Source: a virus (lineage: Duplodnaviria; Heunggongvirae; Uroviricota; Caudoviricetes). From it: 64,000 nt of DNA. Below, in pieces: positions 28,017 to 37,790 of this stretch. The notes beneath the pieces were generated by a model that was not told the DNA's origin, searched no databases, and saw only the letters and a list, made by a program, of their open reading frames with translations. Made by a program: the position numbers and the translations under genes. Where the stretch lies: the IMG/VR virus record IMGVR_UViG_3300035516_000805. One strand, given 5' to 3'. Numbering within the stretch: position 1 is the stretch's first letter; each line of letters begins with the position of its first letter.

Positions 28017-28709
28017 ATGACAACAAACCTAAATAAAATAAAAGAAACTGCAAAACAGTTGTTATATGCTGTTCCGGTTGAACCTATTATTATAGAAGAA
28101 AAAATTTTTCCAATATGTTCTCATCCCTTTACAAATTCAACAACGATGGTTATAAATAAGAATTTTATAAATATAACACAAAATAAACGTGATTTTTACA
28201 AATATATAGGAGATAAAATAAACAATGCAAAAGATTTAGGTGAAATTTATAGACTTATCAATAATCCATACAAACTGACATTTTTTAAATATATCAGTAA
28301 TTTTTTATCTGAAAAAGATTATGCCAATTATCTGGAAAATGTCTGGATTTCGCAGGAAAATCCTAATATGGACATTAATTGTCCGCCAAAAGAATCAGTA
28401 AAATTATTTCGTAAAGCAAATAAGGAATATCTTATGAATAAAGAAGATTATGAAGTTTATAAAAACTTTCCGGAAGAAATGGTTGTTTACCGTGGTGTTG
28501 GCATTGGTAGAACTCCGGCAGGATTATCATGGACAGTTAATCTTGAAAAGGCAGAATGGTTTGCACACCGTTTTGATACTGAAAATGAAAAAGGATATAT
28601 TCAGAAACTTACAGTTAAAAAAGAAAATATACTGGCTTACTTTAATACCAGAGGCGAAGATGAAGTAGTAGTAGATATTTTTAAAAGTCCTAAGATAAAA
28701 AGAATATAA
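28017..28709 (+). CDS. hypothetical protein
   Basis: 230-aa ORF. Confidence 0.55.
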   Translation: MTTNLNKIKETAKQLLYAVPVEPIIIEEKIFPICSHPFTNSTTMVINKNFINITQNKRDFYKYIGDKINNAKDLGEIYRLINNPYKLTFFKYISNFLSEKDYANYLENVWISQENPNMDINCPPKESVKLFRKANKEYLMNKEDYEVYKNFPEEMVVYRGVGIGRTPAGLSWTVNLEKAEWFAHRFDTENEKGYIQKLTVKKENILAYFNTRGEDEVVVDIFKSPKIKRI

Positions 28710-28725
28710 TTATTTTTCTTTACTA

Positions 28726-28752
28726 TTGATTTTTCATTATTAGTAATGTCAG
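28726..28752 (+). promoter_or_regulatory. class I variant TTGATTTTTCATTATTAGTAATGTCA
   Basis: Same variant present 3 times (28726, 29737, 29913). Confidence 0.5.
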
Positions 28753-28787
28753 AATTAATAATAAAGAAAAATAAAGGAGGAGCAATT

Positions 28788-29678
28788 ATGACATACCAAT
28801 TATTTATTTCAGAAATTGAACAGAACGTAAAAAAGAGGGGATACATAGCAGAAATCCGTCAAGTGACAAAAAATAATGATATTATTCTTGATGGTCTTGT
28901 AATAAGAGAAGAAAACGATAATATAGCTCCGGTTATATATCTGAATGATTTTTATAAGAAATTTACAGATGATGCCGTAACTTTAGAGGAAATAACTGAT
29001 AAATTAATATCTATTTATAAAAAGAATAAGTCTGAACATATTGATGCAGAAAAATTGATTGCTTTTAATTCTGTTAAAAATAATATTTGTTATAAATTAA
29101 TTAACACAAAAAGTAATCAGGCATTGTTAGACACAATTCCGCATAGACATTTTTTAGATTTATCCATTGTTTATTATATTAATATGAAAGAAATACTAGG
29201 ACGAAATGCAGAAGGTACAATACTAATTAATAATCAAATTTTAAAGAACTGGAATAAAACTGAAGCAGACCTTTATGAGTTAAGTTCAAGTAATACAAAA
29301 AAGAATTTTCCAGTAGAAATAAAGAAATTTTCATCTATTTTAGAAAATGATTTAGTAGATACTTCGGAAAATCCGGCATATAATTGTATGTATATTCTTT
29401 CCAATAAAACCGGTATAAATGGCAGTGCTGTTATCCTTTATCCGGATATATTAAAAGAGTTTGCGGATAAAGTAAACTCAAACCTTTTACTTATTCCGTC
29501 TTCTACACATGAATGGATTTTATATACTGACGTAGTATATATATATGAATCAGATATAAAGGAATGGACTACAATGATAAAAGATGTAAATAATACAATT
29601 CTTGAAAAGGAAGAAATATTATCAGACCATCCATATTTTTACTACAGAGAAACACGCAAGATAGTCAGTTTATCGTAA
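28788..29678 (+). CDS. hypothetical protein
   Basis: ATG after AAAGGAGG RBS; the track start 28746 lies inside the promoter motif; followed by a strong terminator. Confidence 0.6.
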   Translation: MTYQLFISEIEQNVKKRGYIAEIRQVTKNNDIILDGLVIREENDNIAPVIYLNDFYKKFTDDAVTLEEITDKLISIYKKNKSEHIDAEKLIAFNSVKNNICYKLINTKSNQALLDTIPHRHFLDLSIVYYINMKEILGRNAEGTILINNQILKNWNKTEADLYELSSSNTKKNFPVEIKKFSSILENDLVDTSENPAYNCMYILSNKTGINGSAVILYPDILKEFADKVNSNLLLIPSSTHEWILYTDVVYIYESDIKEWTTMIKDVNNTILEKEEILSDHPYFYYRETRKIVSLS

Positions 29679-29686
29679 TTTTTAAA

Positions 29687-29716
29687 AGCTCCTGTTTTTT
29701 TCAGGAGCTTTTTTAT
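29687..29716 (+). terminator. intrinsic terminator
   Basis: agctcctg-ttttttt-caggagct hairpin followed by a T run. Confidence 0.8.
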
Positions 29717-29736
29717 TATATTTTTTATATAAAATA

Positions 29737-29765
29737 TTGATTTTTTATTATTAGTAATGTCATAT
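29737..29765 (+). promoter_or_regulatory. class I variant promoter/operator
   Basis: ttgattttttattattagtaatgtcatattt. Confidence 0.5.
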
Positions 29766-29799
29766 TTACTTTATAAAAAATATAAGGAGAAAAATTTTT

Positions 29800-29907
29800 A
29801 TGAAAAAACGAGACAAATACCTTAAATATGAAATTACCTTTAAAGTGTTAAACATTTTCAGTTATTTTTTATTGTTTATTTTTGTTATTTTAATGTATTT
29901 TATATAA
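29800..29907 (+). CDS. small hydrophobic peptide (35 aa)
   Basis: MKKRDKYLKYEITFKVLNIFSYFLLFIFVILMYFI; RBS AAGGAGA; bracketed by two copies of the class I promoter variant. Confidence 0.3.
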   Translation: MKKRDKYLKYEITFKVLNIFSYFLLFIFVILMYFI

Positions 29908-29912
29908 ACTAT

Positions 29913-29940
29913 TGATTTTTCATTATTAGTAATGTCATAT
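29913..29940 (+). promoter_or_regulatory. class I variant promoter/operator
   Basis: ttgatttttcattattagtaatgtcatatt. Confidence 0.5.
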
Positions 29941-30030
29941 TTATTTTGTAAATAAATTTTATAAAATATATTTTATTTATAATTCTTATAATGTTTATAA
30001 ATCTTATAAATCCAATAAGGTGAAGAAAGG

Positions 30031-30261
30031 ATGATTTTTATGAAGGTTAAAAAGATTATTAAAAAATTAAAGAAAATGCAGGATGAAGATTATGAACTGG
30101 ATTTTGAATTAGCAAAAGAGCAGGATGAAATTATATCAGAAGCGATTAAAAAGTTAAATCATTTGTCAAAAGAAAACAAGGAATTAAAGGAAAAATTAAA
30201 AGAAAGAACAGAAAAATTAGAAGCAAGAGAAATACCTTTTGAGGATTTACCTTTCGAGTAA
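30031..30261 (+). CDS. hypothetical coiled-coil protein
   Basis: 76-aa charged ORF. Confidence 0.45.
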   Translation: MIFMKVKKIIKKLKKMQDEDYELDFELAKEQDEIISEAIKKLNHLSKENKELKEKLKERTEKLEAREIPFEDLPFE

Positions 30262-30281
30262 AATTTAAGGAGAAAAGACAT

Positions 30282-30497
30282 ATGGCGTTTTTAAACAGAT
30301 GTAAAAATAAAAATAATGCAAACCATTCCTGTTTTGCTGACAAAGAAGGATACTGTAATTTATTGACTAATTGTGATTTTAAATGTAATGTTTGTCCGTT
30401 TTATAAAACAGAGGAAGCTTATTTTAATTCAGATAAAAAAGCACATTGGAAGAATACAGATGGAACTTTAATGAATATTGACAAAGATATCAAATAA
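30282..30497 (+). CDS. hypothetical Cys-rich protein
   Basis: RBS AAGGAG; CxxxxxC...CNVC. Confidence 0.45.
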   Translation: MAFLNRCKNKNNANHSCFADKEGYCNLLTNCDFKCNVCPFYKTEEAYFNSDKKAHWKNTDGTLMNIDKDIK

Positions 30498-30503
30498 GGA
30501 GAA

Positions 30504-31121
30504 ATGATTATGAAGATAACAATTGAAAATTTAACAGCAAAGGCAAATAATAACTATTTTCCAAGTAAGAAATATAAGAATATTTGTGCTGACCTTGAAA
30601 GTTTAGACGATATTTCTTTTAAAGAAGGTGATACAGACAATGTTGTACACTTTATTAAGAAATTTTTTAAGGAAAAGAAGTCAGACCAGATTATTATTTT
30701 AACAAAGTTTATTCATTCTTATGTAAATCAGAAAGAGGACTTAAAAGAAGCTCAGGAACAAAATTTTATTTTAACAAAGAAGTTCTTAGAACAAGCTCAG
30801 GAACAGTCTATTTCAGTAACAACTGAAAATGTTACTTCACCGGATTTTATAACATTACCGATTATTAAGGAAGTAACACTGGTTAATAATACTTTGACAG
30901 CACTCTTTAAGGACGGAGATACAACAACATCAACGTGTATGAAATGTGATACATTTGATTATGAAAAGGGTTTGTTGTTATGTGTACTTCGTAAGATACT
31001 GGGTGAGAAGAACTTTAAAAAGTTATATTATCGTAATATTTTTAAGCTGACAAAGAAATACAATCAGAGTCAGTCAGAAGATGATGAAACAGAAAGATGT
31101 AATATTGATTTGTTTGAATAA
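30504..31121 (+). CDS. hypothetical protein
   Basis: RBS AAGGAG. Confidence 0.55.
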   Translation: MIMKITIENLTAKANNNYFPSKKYKNICADLESLDDISFKEGDTDNVVHFIKKFFKEKKSDQIIILTKFIHSYVNQKEDLKEAQEQNFILTKKFLEQAQEQSISVTTENVTSPDFITLPIIKEVTLVNNTLTALFKDGDTTTSTCMKCDTFDYEKGLLLCVLRKILGEKNFKKLYYRNIFKLTKKYNQSQSEDDETERCNIDLFE

Positions 31122-31225
31122 ATTATAAATTATATATATTTAAAGGGTAAAATTATCTAATTTTACCCTTTAAGATGAATTAACTAATAACGATTAAAAT
31201 ACAACAGCAAAGGAGAAAAAAGGAA

Positions 31226-32821
31226 ATGGAAAATGTATTAATAATTGGAGGAATTATTGTTGCTGCGTTAGTTATACTGGGGATGCTTTTTTCAATGTGT
31301 TACCGAAAATGCCCGCCAAATAAAGCAATGGTAATTACCGGAATGACAGGGACAACCACTGTGATTGGAAGGGCAAGGATTGTCATTCCATTTATTCAGC
31401 GAGTAGATTATATGTCCTTGGAAAATATTCAGGTGGATTTTACGTCAAGGGATGAAATTCCAACGAAGGATGCCATCAATGTAATGGTAGATGCAGTTGC
31501 AAATATGGCAATTTCACAGGAGCCGGAAGTATTAAAAATTGCATCTTCAAAATTTCTTGGTTATTCAATAAAGGATATTCAGGAAATTGTAACTCCGGTA
31601 TTGGAAGGTAATATCCGAGAGATTATTTCCCAGACAACCTTAAAGGAACTCATTCAGGGGGATAAAAAAGCATTTGCAGAAAAAGTTGTTGAAAATGTAA
31701 GTCCAAATTTAAGAGATATGGGTCTTACACTTACCACGTTTAATATTCAGAACTTTAAAGATAAAAACGGTGTAATTGAAAACTTGGGTATTGAAAATAC
31801 GGTTCAGATTTCTAAGGATGCCGCAACTGCAAAGGCAGCCGCAGAATCCGAAATTGCCATTGCACAGGCAAAGGCAGCGAAACTTGCAAATGACGCTCAG
31901 GTAGAATCAGACCTTGAAATTGCAAAGGCGAGAGCAAGGGCAAAACAGGAAAGTGAAGCAGCAAAGATTGATGCAGATACTAGTATTGCATTAAAGCAGA
32001 ATGAGTTGAATGTAAAACGAGCAGAACTTCAGCAGGAAGTTGATACAAAGCAGGCAATTGCAGAAGCCGCAAAAGGTATTCAGGCGGAAGAACAACGTAA
32101 GTTACTAGAAATTAAGACAGCAGATGCAAACCTTGCCAGACAGGAAAAAGCAATTGAATTGCAGGCTCGTGAAGTAGAAATCCGTGAGAAGCAGTTAGAT
32201 GCGGAGATTAAGAAGAAAGCAGAAGCAGAAAAGTTTGCTGTTCAGCAGGAAGCAGATGCAAAGCTTTACGAAACACAAAGACAGTCTGAAGCTCAACTTT
32301 TTGAGAGACAGCGTAAGGCAGAAGCAGAAAAATTTGAAGCAGAACAGCAGGCAGAAGCACAAAAGGCGAGAGCTGCTGCAGATAAGTTTTCAAAGGAACA
32401 GGCTGCTGAAGCTGTAAAGGTACAGGGACTTGCAGATGCAGAAGCAATCAGGGCAAAGGGACTTGCAGAATCGGAAGCAATTAAGGCAAAAGCATTGGCA
32501 GAAGCAGAAGGACTTCGTGAAAAAGCAAATGCAATGAAGGAATACGGTGATGCTGCAAAACAGCAGATGCAGTTGGATACGTTAAAAGTTTACTTTGAAC
32601 AGTTGCCAGCCATTGCAAAAGCAATTGGAGAAGGATATACCAATGTAGACAGTATCTATATGTATGGTGGAGAGTCTTCAAAACTTGCAGGTGATATGAT
32701 GACGAACATTTCACAGATTTCCGAAGGACTTTCAAAGTCACTTGGCATTGATGCAAAGGCGTTGCTTGCAGGATTTGTTGGTGGTTCCCTTGGAAATAAA
32801 ATAACTAAAGAAGAAAAATAA
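31226..32821 (+). CDS. flotillin (SPFH/band-7 domain, FloT-like)
   Basis: N-terminal membrane hairpin, SPFH domain, then Ala/Glu-rich EA repeats (AEAEKFEAEQQAEAQKA) typical of flotillins. Confidence 0.8.
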   Translation: MENVLIIGGIIVAALVILGMLFSMCYRKCPPNKAMVITGMTGTTTVIGRARIVIPFIQRVDYMSLENIQVDFTSRDEIPTKDAINVMVDAVANMAISQEPEVLKIASSKFLGYSIKDIQEIVTPVLEGNIREIISQTTLKELIQGDKKAFAEKVVENVSPNLRDMGLTLTTFNIQNFKDKNGVIENLGIENTVQISKDAATAKAAAESEIAIAQAKAAKLANDAQVESDLEIAKARARAKQESEAAKIDADTSIALKQNELNVKRAELQQEVDTKQAIAEAAKGIQAEEQRKLLEIKTADANLARQEKAIELQAREVEIREKQLDAEIKKKAEAEKFAVQQEADAKLYETQRQSEAQLFERQRKAEAEKFEAEQQAEAQKARAAADKFSKEQAAEAVKVQGLADAEAIRAKGLAESEAIKAKALAEAEGLREKANAMKEYGDAAKQQMQLDTLKVYFEQLPAIAKAIGEGYTNVDSIYMYGGESSKLAGDMMTNISQISEGLSKSLGIDAKALLAGFVGGSLGNKITKEEK

Positions 32822-32877
32822 AATTTTTAAAAATATTTTTGTTAAAAATTTATACATTAGGTAATAATTATACATTT

Positions 32878-32914
32878 GGTGTATGGCTAATGCCATACAC
32901 CTCTTTCTTTTTAT
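32878..32914 (+). terminator. intrinsic terminator (cassette copy 1)
   Basis: ggtgtatggc-taat-gccatacacc hairpin followed by tctttcttttt. Confidence 0.75.
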
Positions 32915-32988
32915 GTCAGTTGGAAGTTTTTATAAAACTTACAACACTACTGTTAGTAGTGCTTTTAGCACTACTAACTAAGGAGGTT

Positions 32989-33045
32989 TTTATGTCATAC
33001 TATTGATATTACTATTAATGTGATGTCATATTTTAAGTGAAAAAA
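32989..33045 (+). promoter_or_regulatory. class I promoter/operator (cassette copy 1) with extra ATGTCATACTATTGACAT palindrome
   Basis: ttatgtcatactattgatattactattaatgtgatgtcatattttaagtgaaaaaaaa. Confidence 0.6.
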
Positions 33046-33069
33046 AATATGGGAGGAATTTAGAAATAA

Positions 33070-33082
33070 TTTTACATTATTT
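33070..33082 (+). promoter_or_regulatory. class II motif
   Basis: aattttacattattttaatagaat, upstream of the topo gene. Confidence 0.4.
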
Positions 33083-33116
33083 TAATAGAATATTTGCTAT
33101 TTAAAGGAGAAAACGT

Positions 33117-35129
33117 ATGATAGGTATATTAAATGAGAAACCAAGCCAGATGCGTAATTTTGCAAAAGCATTAGGCGGCAATGAGGGCAGTTATAATGGA
33201 GAAAATTATATATTAACTGCTGCACATGGACATTTATTTGAGTTTAAAGACCCTAAAGAACAAGTAGATAGTCATATTCAAGGACAGTATGCTTCATGGG
33301 CATTAACTAACTTACCTTGGGATGAAAAGGATATGAAATGGCTATATCAACAGAAACCGGATGCGGCTGAAACATTAAAAAAGATTAGAGATACACTGTC
33401 AAAGTGTACTGAAATAGTTATTGCAACAGATGATGACCCTACCGGAGAAGGTGAACTTCTTGCGTGGGAAATTTTATCAGAACTTAAACTAAGTCCTAAA
33501 AAGTGGTCAAGAATGTACTTTGAAGATGAATCTGCTGCAGAAATTCAAAAAGCATTTAAAAATCGTAAAACTATACAGGATATGGAACACGATAATGATT
33601 ACATCAAAGCTAAATATCGTGCCTGTTGGGATTTTATGTCAATGCAGTTTACAAGGATTGCTACAAAGTATGGCGGAGAAGTTTTACGACAGGGCAGGCT
33701 TAAATCTTATATGGTTGTTCTTGTAGGGGACCAGTTAAAAGCTATTAATGAATATAAAAAGATTCCGTATTATCAGAATCGGTTTAAGGATGAAAATGAT
33801 GTTATTTACATTAATCCAAATGAAAAACAGTATCCTACAAAAGAAGAAGTTCCACAAGATTATAAAAATTCAGATGTTGTAATAGACAGTATTGAAGATA
33901 AAGCAGCTCCACCGCCAAAGTTATTAGACTTAGCCGGTCTTGCTTCAATTTTAGCACCAAGAGGAATTTCTTCAAAAACTGTAACCGCAACATATCAGAA
34001 GATGTATGAGGCACAGGTAGTGTCTTATCCAAGAACAGAAGATAAATGTATTACAATTGAACAATTTAATCAGTTATTGCCATTGGTAGATAAAATTGCA
34101 GATGTAGTAGGCGTTGACAAAAAACTGTTAACTCATAAAAAGCCAAGACCAACCCATGTTAAAGCAGGAATGGCTCACGGTGCTAACAGACCGGGTATTA
34201 ACGTTCCAAAGTCATTAAATGGATTGGATGCAATTTATGGGCAAGGTGCTGCTGCCATTTATGAATTACTTGCAAAGAATTATCTTGCAATATTAGGTGA
34301 AGATTATATTTATGAACAGCAAAAAGGACATATTAAGGATTATCCTAAATTTGTAGGAAGCGTTAATATTCCAAAAGAATTAGGTTATAAAAAAATTTTC
34401 TGTGATGAAGATGAAAAAGACTTAAATGAATCCGTAAAAGGTCTTGGCAAATCTGCAAATCCATTTATTCATGAAGGATTTCCACAGAAGCCTCAGCAGC
34501 CTACAATGAAATGGTTAATGAAACAGCTAGAAAAATATGATGTTGGAACCGGTGCAACCAGAACAAGTACATATACTGAAGTAACAAGCAAAACAAGTAA
34601 AACTTCTTTACTTACTGATACAAAAGGCAAAATTAATATGACACAGGCAGGACAAAAGAGTTATTATCTGCTTCCAAATACAAACATTGGAAGTCCTACT
34701 ATAACTGAGTCCGTTATGAGTGATATGAAGGCTATTGCAAAGGGAGAAAAGAACTTTGAGGAATGTTTGCATAATATACAGCGTTTAGTTTGTGAAGATA
34801 TGGAAACTATGCGTAAAAATGCCTTAGAAATGCCAAAGGAATTACAGACTAAAGATGTTCAAAAGCCGACAGATTATATACCAAAAGAAAAATTCGAAGG
34901 AAAATTCGGCAAAAAACAGATTTCTTTTAACCGTACATGGAGTGGTCATACTTTTACTGATGAAGAATGTGAAAAATTACTTGCCGGAGAAGAAATAACA
35001 GTTACAGCCGTATCAAGTAAATCTGGTAAGGAATTTACCTGTTATGGAAAATTGGAACAGCAAACCTTTAATGGCAATAAATTTTACGGATTCAAAAGTT
35101 TAGGCTTTGTAAATCAACGTGAAAGATAG
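33117..35129 (+). CDS. type IA DNA topoisomerase-family protein (TopoIII/TraE-like)
   Basis: Toprim motifs AAHGHLFEF and ATDDDPTGEGELLAWEI; active-site-like VVSYPRTEDKCI (compare YPRTDS in TopA/TopB). Confidence 0.75.
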   Translation: MIGILNEKPSQMRNFAKALGGNEGSYNGENYILTAAHGHLFEFKDPKEQVDSHIQGQYASWALTNLPWDEKDMKWLYQQKPDAAETLKKIRDTLSKCTEIVIATDDDPTGEGELLAWEILSELKLSPKKWSRMYFEDESAAEIQKAFKNRKTIQDMEHDNDYIKAKYRACWDFMSMQFTRIATKYGGEVLRQGRLKSYMVVLVGDQLKAINEYKKIPYYQNRFKDENDVIYINPNEKQYPTKEEVPQDYKNSDVVIDSIEDKAAPPPKLLDLAGLASILAPRGISSKTVTATYQKMYEAQVVSYPRTEDKCITIEQFNQLLPLVDKIADVVGVDKKLLTHKKPRPTHVKAGMAHGANRPGINVPKSLNGLDAIYGQGAAAIYELLAKNYLAILGEDYIYEQQKGHIKDYPKFVGSVNIPKELGYKKIFCDEDEKDLNESVKGLGKSANPFIHEGFPQKPQQPTMKWLMKQLEKYDVGTGATRTSTYTEVTSKTSKTSLLTDTKGKINMTQAGQKSYYLLPNTNIGSPTITESVMSDMKAIAKGEKNFEECLHNIQRLVCEDMETMRKNALEMPKELQTKDVQKPTDYIPKEKFEGKFGKKQISFNRTWSGHTFTDEECEKLLAGEEITVTAVSSKSGKEFTCYGKLEQQTFNGNKFYGFKSLGFVNQRER

Positions 35130-35209
35130 TGAAAATTTTTACAGACGATAGCAAAAAAAACTATCGTCTGTAAAAACTAATAAGTTTTATTACAAATTTT
35201 GTATTCATA

Positions 35210-35223
35210 TTTTACATTATTAT
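35210..35223 (+). promoter_or_regulatory. class II motif
   Basis: attttacattattataacac. Confidence 0.35.
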
Positions 35224-35245
35224 AACACAAAGGTAATTATTTTTT

Positions 35246-35372
35246 TTTAAAAAAAGTGTCCCATTTTTCCTATACAATAAATATTTATAGAAGAAGTGAA
35301 GCATATATCATTTTTATCATTATTGTAATGTTTTTCTATATAATAGGTATATTGATATGGTATATAATTCAT
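35246..35372 (-). CDS. small conserved ORF inside long direct repeat copy B (42 aa)
   Basis: MNYIPYQYTYYIEKHYNNDKNDICFTSSINIYCIGKMGHFF, a paralog of the ORF at 5868-5999. Confidence 0.3.
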
Positions 35373-35498
35373 ATATTTTTACCTTTTAACGCAAAAACTT
35401 TATAATGTTTCACTTTTTAAGGTCTTATTTTTTAAATTTTTAACTTTTTTTTACATAAAATTTTTATATTTAAAACGAAAAAACTTATAATTTCAAGA
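35266..35498 (+). repeat. copy B of ~230-bp long direct repeat
   Basis: Near-identical to 5884-6113. Confidence 0.85.
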
Positions 35499-35499
35499 C

Positions 35500-35600
35500 T
35501 TTATACTTTAAAAAACTATAATTTTAAAGCATAAATAATAAAAAACTTTATATTTTTAAAACTTAAATAACAAAAATTTTAATTTTTAAAACTTATAAGG
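35500..35600 (+). repeat. iteron-like AAAACTTATA repeats
   Basis: At least 5 spaced copies of AAAACT[TA]TA between the long repeat and the PIF1-like gene. Confidence 0.5.
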
Positions 35601-35608
35601 AGAAAACT

Positions 35609-37600
35609 ATGGCAAAAAGAACTTTATATCCTTCACTTATAACGAATATAACAAAAGAATATTACGCTTTATGGTCATCTTCAAAAGTAATTACTTTAAA
35701 TGAACTCATGGATATACAAGACTTTATAGAAAATAAACATATATCGGATGACATTGATAATGTAGTTATTAGAAAGTATGTAAATGAAATAAATGATATT
35801 TGTCAGGAAAGAGTGTCAAAAGATATAAGACTTTCGGCTTTAGTTTTATCAATAAATCAGTCTTATAACGAAAAATTCTTTGCACCAATGAAGCATAGAA
35901 CTGAATTATTAATGGATATTGCAAGAAACCGTTTAATGATAAAAGGATGTGAAAGAAGAAATTTTATTTTTGCTTTATATAATACAACTTTAGCTTATCT
36001 TCCTCCAAAAGACCGGTTAAAACTTGTTTATGAAATGAATTGCAATTTTAATACTCCATTATCTGATAGTGAAGTTTTATGTGAAATTGCAAATGCAGAA
36101 TATAAATATCAGACCAGTGGACGTTATTGGAAATGGTCTAATGAAAAATTAGTAACATATTTAGGATTAACAGCAGATGAAATTATGACATATTTCCCTG
36201 AATTGTTACAGAAAGAGGAGAAAAAACAGAATAAGGAATTAAGAAATATACTGATTATGGAATATTTCAATCAAGGCAACAGTTACCGTCAGATTGCAGA
36301 AAAATTAAAGGCAAAGGATATAGACTGCAGTAAAAACACTGTTATGCGTGTTATTCAGACTAATATTGTCAATAGGAAGCAGATAGAAAATCAGAATAAG
36401 GAAATCATTAATTTAGACAATGTACAGTTTACAGGGAAAAATATGATTTCTTATGAAAATTTTAAGGAAATTGTATTAAGTGGTTATAACATTAAAGTAA
36501 TCGGTATGGCAGGAACAAGTAAAACTTTATATATTAAGCATTTAGAAGAAGATTTAAGAGAAACAACAGGGTATAAACAAAAAAATCGTATTAAAATATG
36601 TGCTTTTACAGGAAAAGCTAGTGAAGTTTTCAAAGAAGGCTCAACACTGCATTTAATGATGGGAATTAAAAATGAGGAAATGATAAAAAATCATCAGTTT
36701 GATGAAAATGCTTTAAATAATTTCAAAAAAACAAAGCTTATTATCATTGATGAGATTTCCCTAGTAGGGAAAAAGCTTTTTGATTACTTTATTGAGTTTT
36801 ACAAAAAGTCCGGATGTAAAGGTAATATTGTAATTGTTGGTGACTTTTTACAGTCAAAACCTGTAAAAGATGATTTTTGCTTTAATTCAAAATATTTTGA
36901 TGAATTAAATTTTAAGACAATTCTTTTAAAGAAAAATACAAGACAAACTGATAAAGGGCAGCAGGCAACATTAATGGACTTAGAATGGGGTAAAAACAAA
37001 ATGCAGACTATTCATAATTTAAATCTGCTTGTTAAGAGTAAAACAATAAAGGATTTTAATTATGATGCATTTAGTGTCTGCTTAACAAAGGAACAGGTCC
37101 GTTACATTAATGCTTTACAGGTACAGCATCGTTTTAAAGATGATAAACCGGTTTATTATAATAAAAAGGCATATTATTTAGGGATGCGTGTAATGATTAC
37201 AGCTAATAATACTAAAAAATGTTATTTTAATGGCAATTTAGGTACAATTAAGGCATTTAATAAAAATTCTATTCGTGTCATCTTGGATAATGGCAGGGTT
37301 GTAAACGTGGAATATATTATGAATAAAAATAATATAATTATGCCATTAGAATACGGATATGCTGCAACTGTACAAAAGTGTCAAGGAATGACGTTTAACA
37401 GAATGAACCTTATTGCTATGGATTTACATAATAATGAAACAAATAATGTCTTTATGGAAGGACAGCTATATACGGCTCTCTCAAGATGTGTAGATTTAAA
37501 GAAAATTAACTTAATCGGACAACCTTTTAAAGAAAGCGACATTAAAGTTAATCCTTATGCATTACGTTTTCAGTTTAACTTATATCAATGCGTTAGTTAG
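35609..37600 (+). CDS. PIF1/RecD-like SF1B DNA helicase
   Basis: Walker A GMAGTSKT, Walker B IIIDEISLV, motif TVQKCQGMTF (helicase motif V-like); RBS AAGGAG. Confidence 0.75.
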   Translation: MAKRTLYPSLITNITKEYYALWSSSKVITLNELMDIQDFIENKHISDDIDNVVIRKYVNEINDICQERVSKDIRLSALVLSINQSYNEKFFAPMKHRTELLMDIARNRLMIKGCERRNFIFALYNTTLAYLPPKDRLKLVYEMNCNFNTPLSDSEVLCEIANAEYKYQTSGRYWKWSNEKLVTYLGLTADEIMTYFPELLQKEEKKQNKELRNILIMEYFNQGNSYRQIAEKLKAKDIDCSKNTVMRVIQTNIVNRKQIENQNKEIINLDNVQFTGKNMISYENFKEIVLSGYNIKVIGMAGTSKTLYIKHLEEDLRETTGYKQKNRIKICAFTGKASEVFKEGSTLHLMMGIKNEEMIKNHQFDENALNNFKKTKLIIIDEISLVGKKLFDYFIEFYKKSGCKGNIVIVGDFLQSKPVKDDFCFNSKYFDELNFKTILLKKNTRQTDKGQQATLMDLEWGKNKMQTIHNLNLLVKSKTIKDFNYDAFSVCLTKEQVRYINALQVQHRFKDDKPVYYNKKAYYLGMRVMITANNTKKCYFNGNLGTIKAFNKNSIRVILDNGRVVNVEYIMNKNNIIMPLEYGYAATVQKCQGMTFNRMNLIAMDLHNNETNNVFMEGQLYTALSRCVDLKKINLIGQPFKESDIKVNPYALRFQFNLYQCVS

Positions 37601-37636
37601 TAGTAACAAAGCTGGGTAAAAAAAATTACCGGAAAT

Positions 37637-37673
37637 ATTGACATTATTAATAATTCAATGTCATAGTTTAATT
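37637..37673 (+). promoter_or_regulatory. class I promoter/operator
   Basis: ttgacattattaataattcaatgtcatag. Confidence 0.55.
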
Positions 37674-37704
37674 AAAGAAAACAATAAAGTGTGTAATTTT
37701 AACA

Positions 37705-37745
37705 GTTTTTTACATTATTAAAGTAGAAATTCTTTTTTCAAAGAA
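37705..37745 (+). promoter_or_regulatory. class II motif + hairpin
   Basis: ttttttacattattaaagtagaaattcttttttcaaagaacttctact. Confidence 0.45.
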
Positions 37746-37790
37746 CTTCTACTATCTAAGAAAGTTTATTTTTAAAAAAGGAGAATTGAT

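Noticed and set aside
28450-28668. Same-strand alternative-frame ORFs nested inside larger genes (28450-28668, 32199-32417, 33520-33726, 59446-59667)
   Set aside because: They are fully contained in longer ORFs with recognisable domains or better codon usage.
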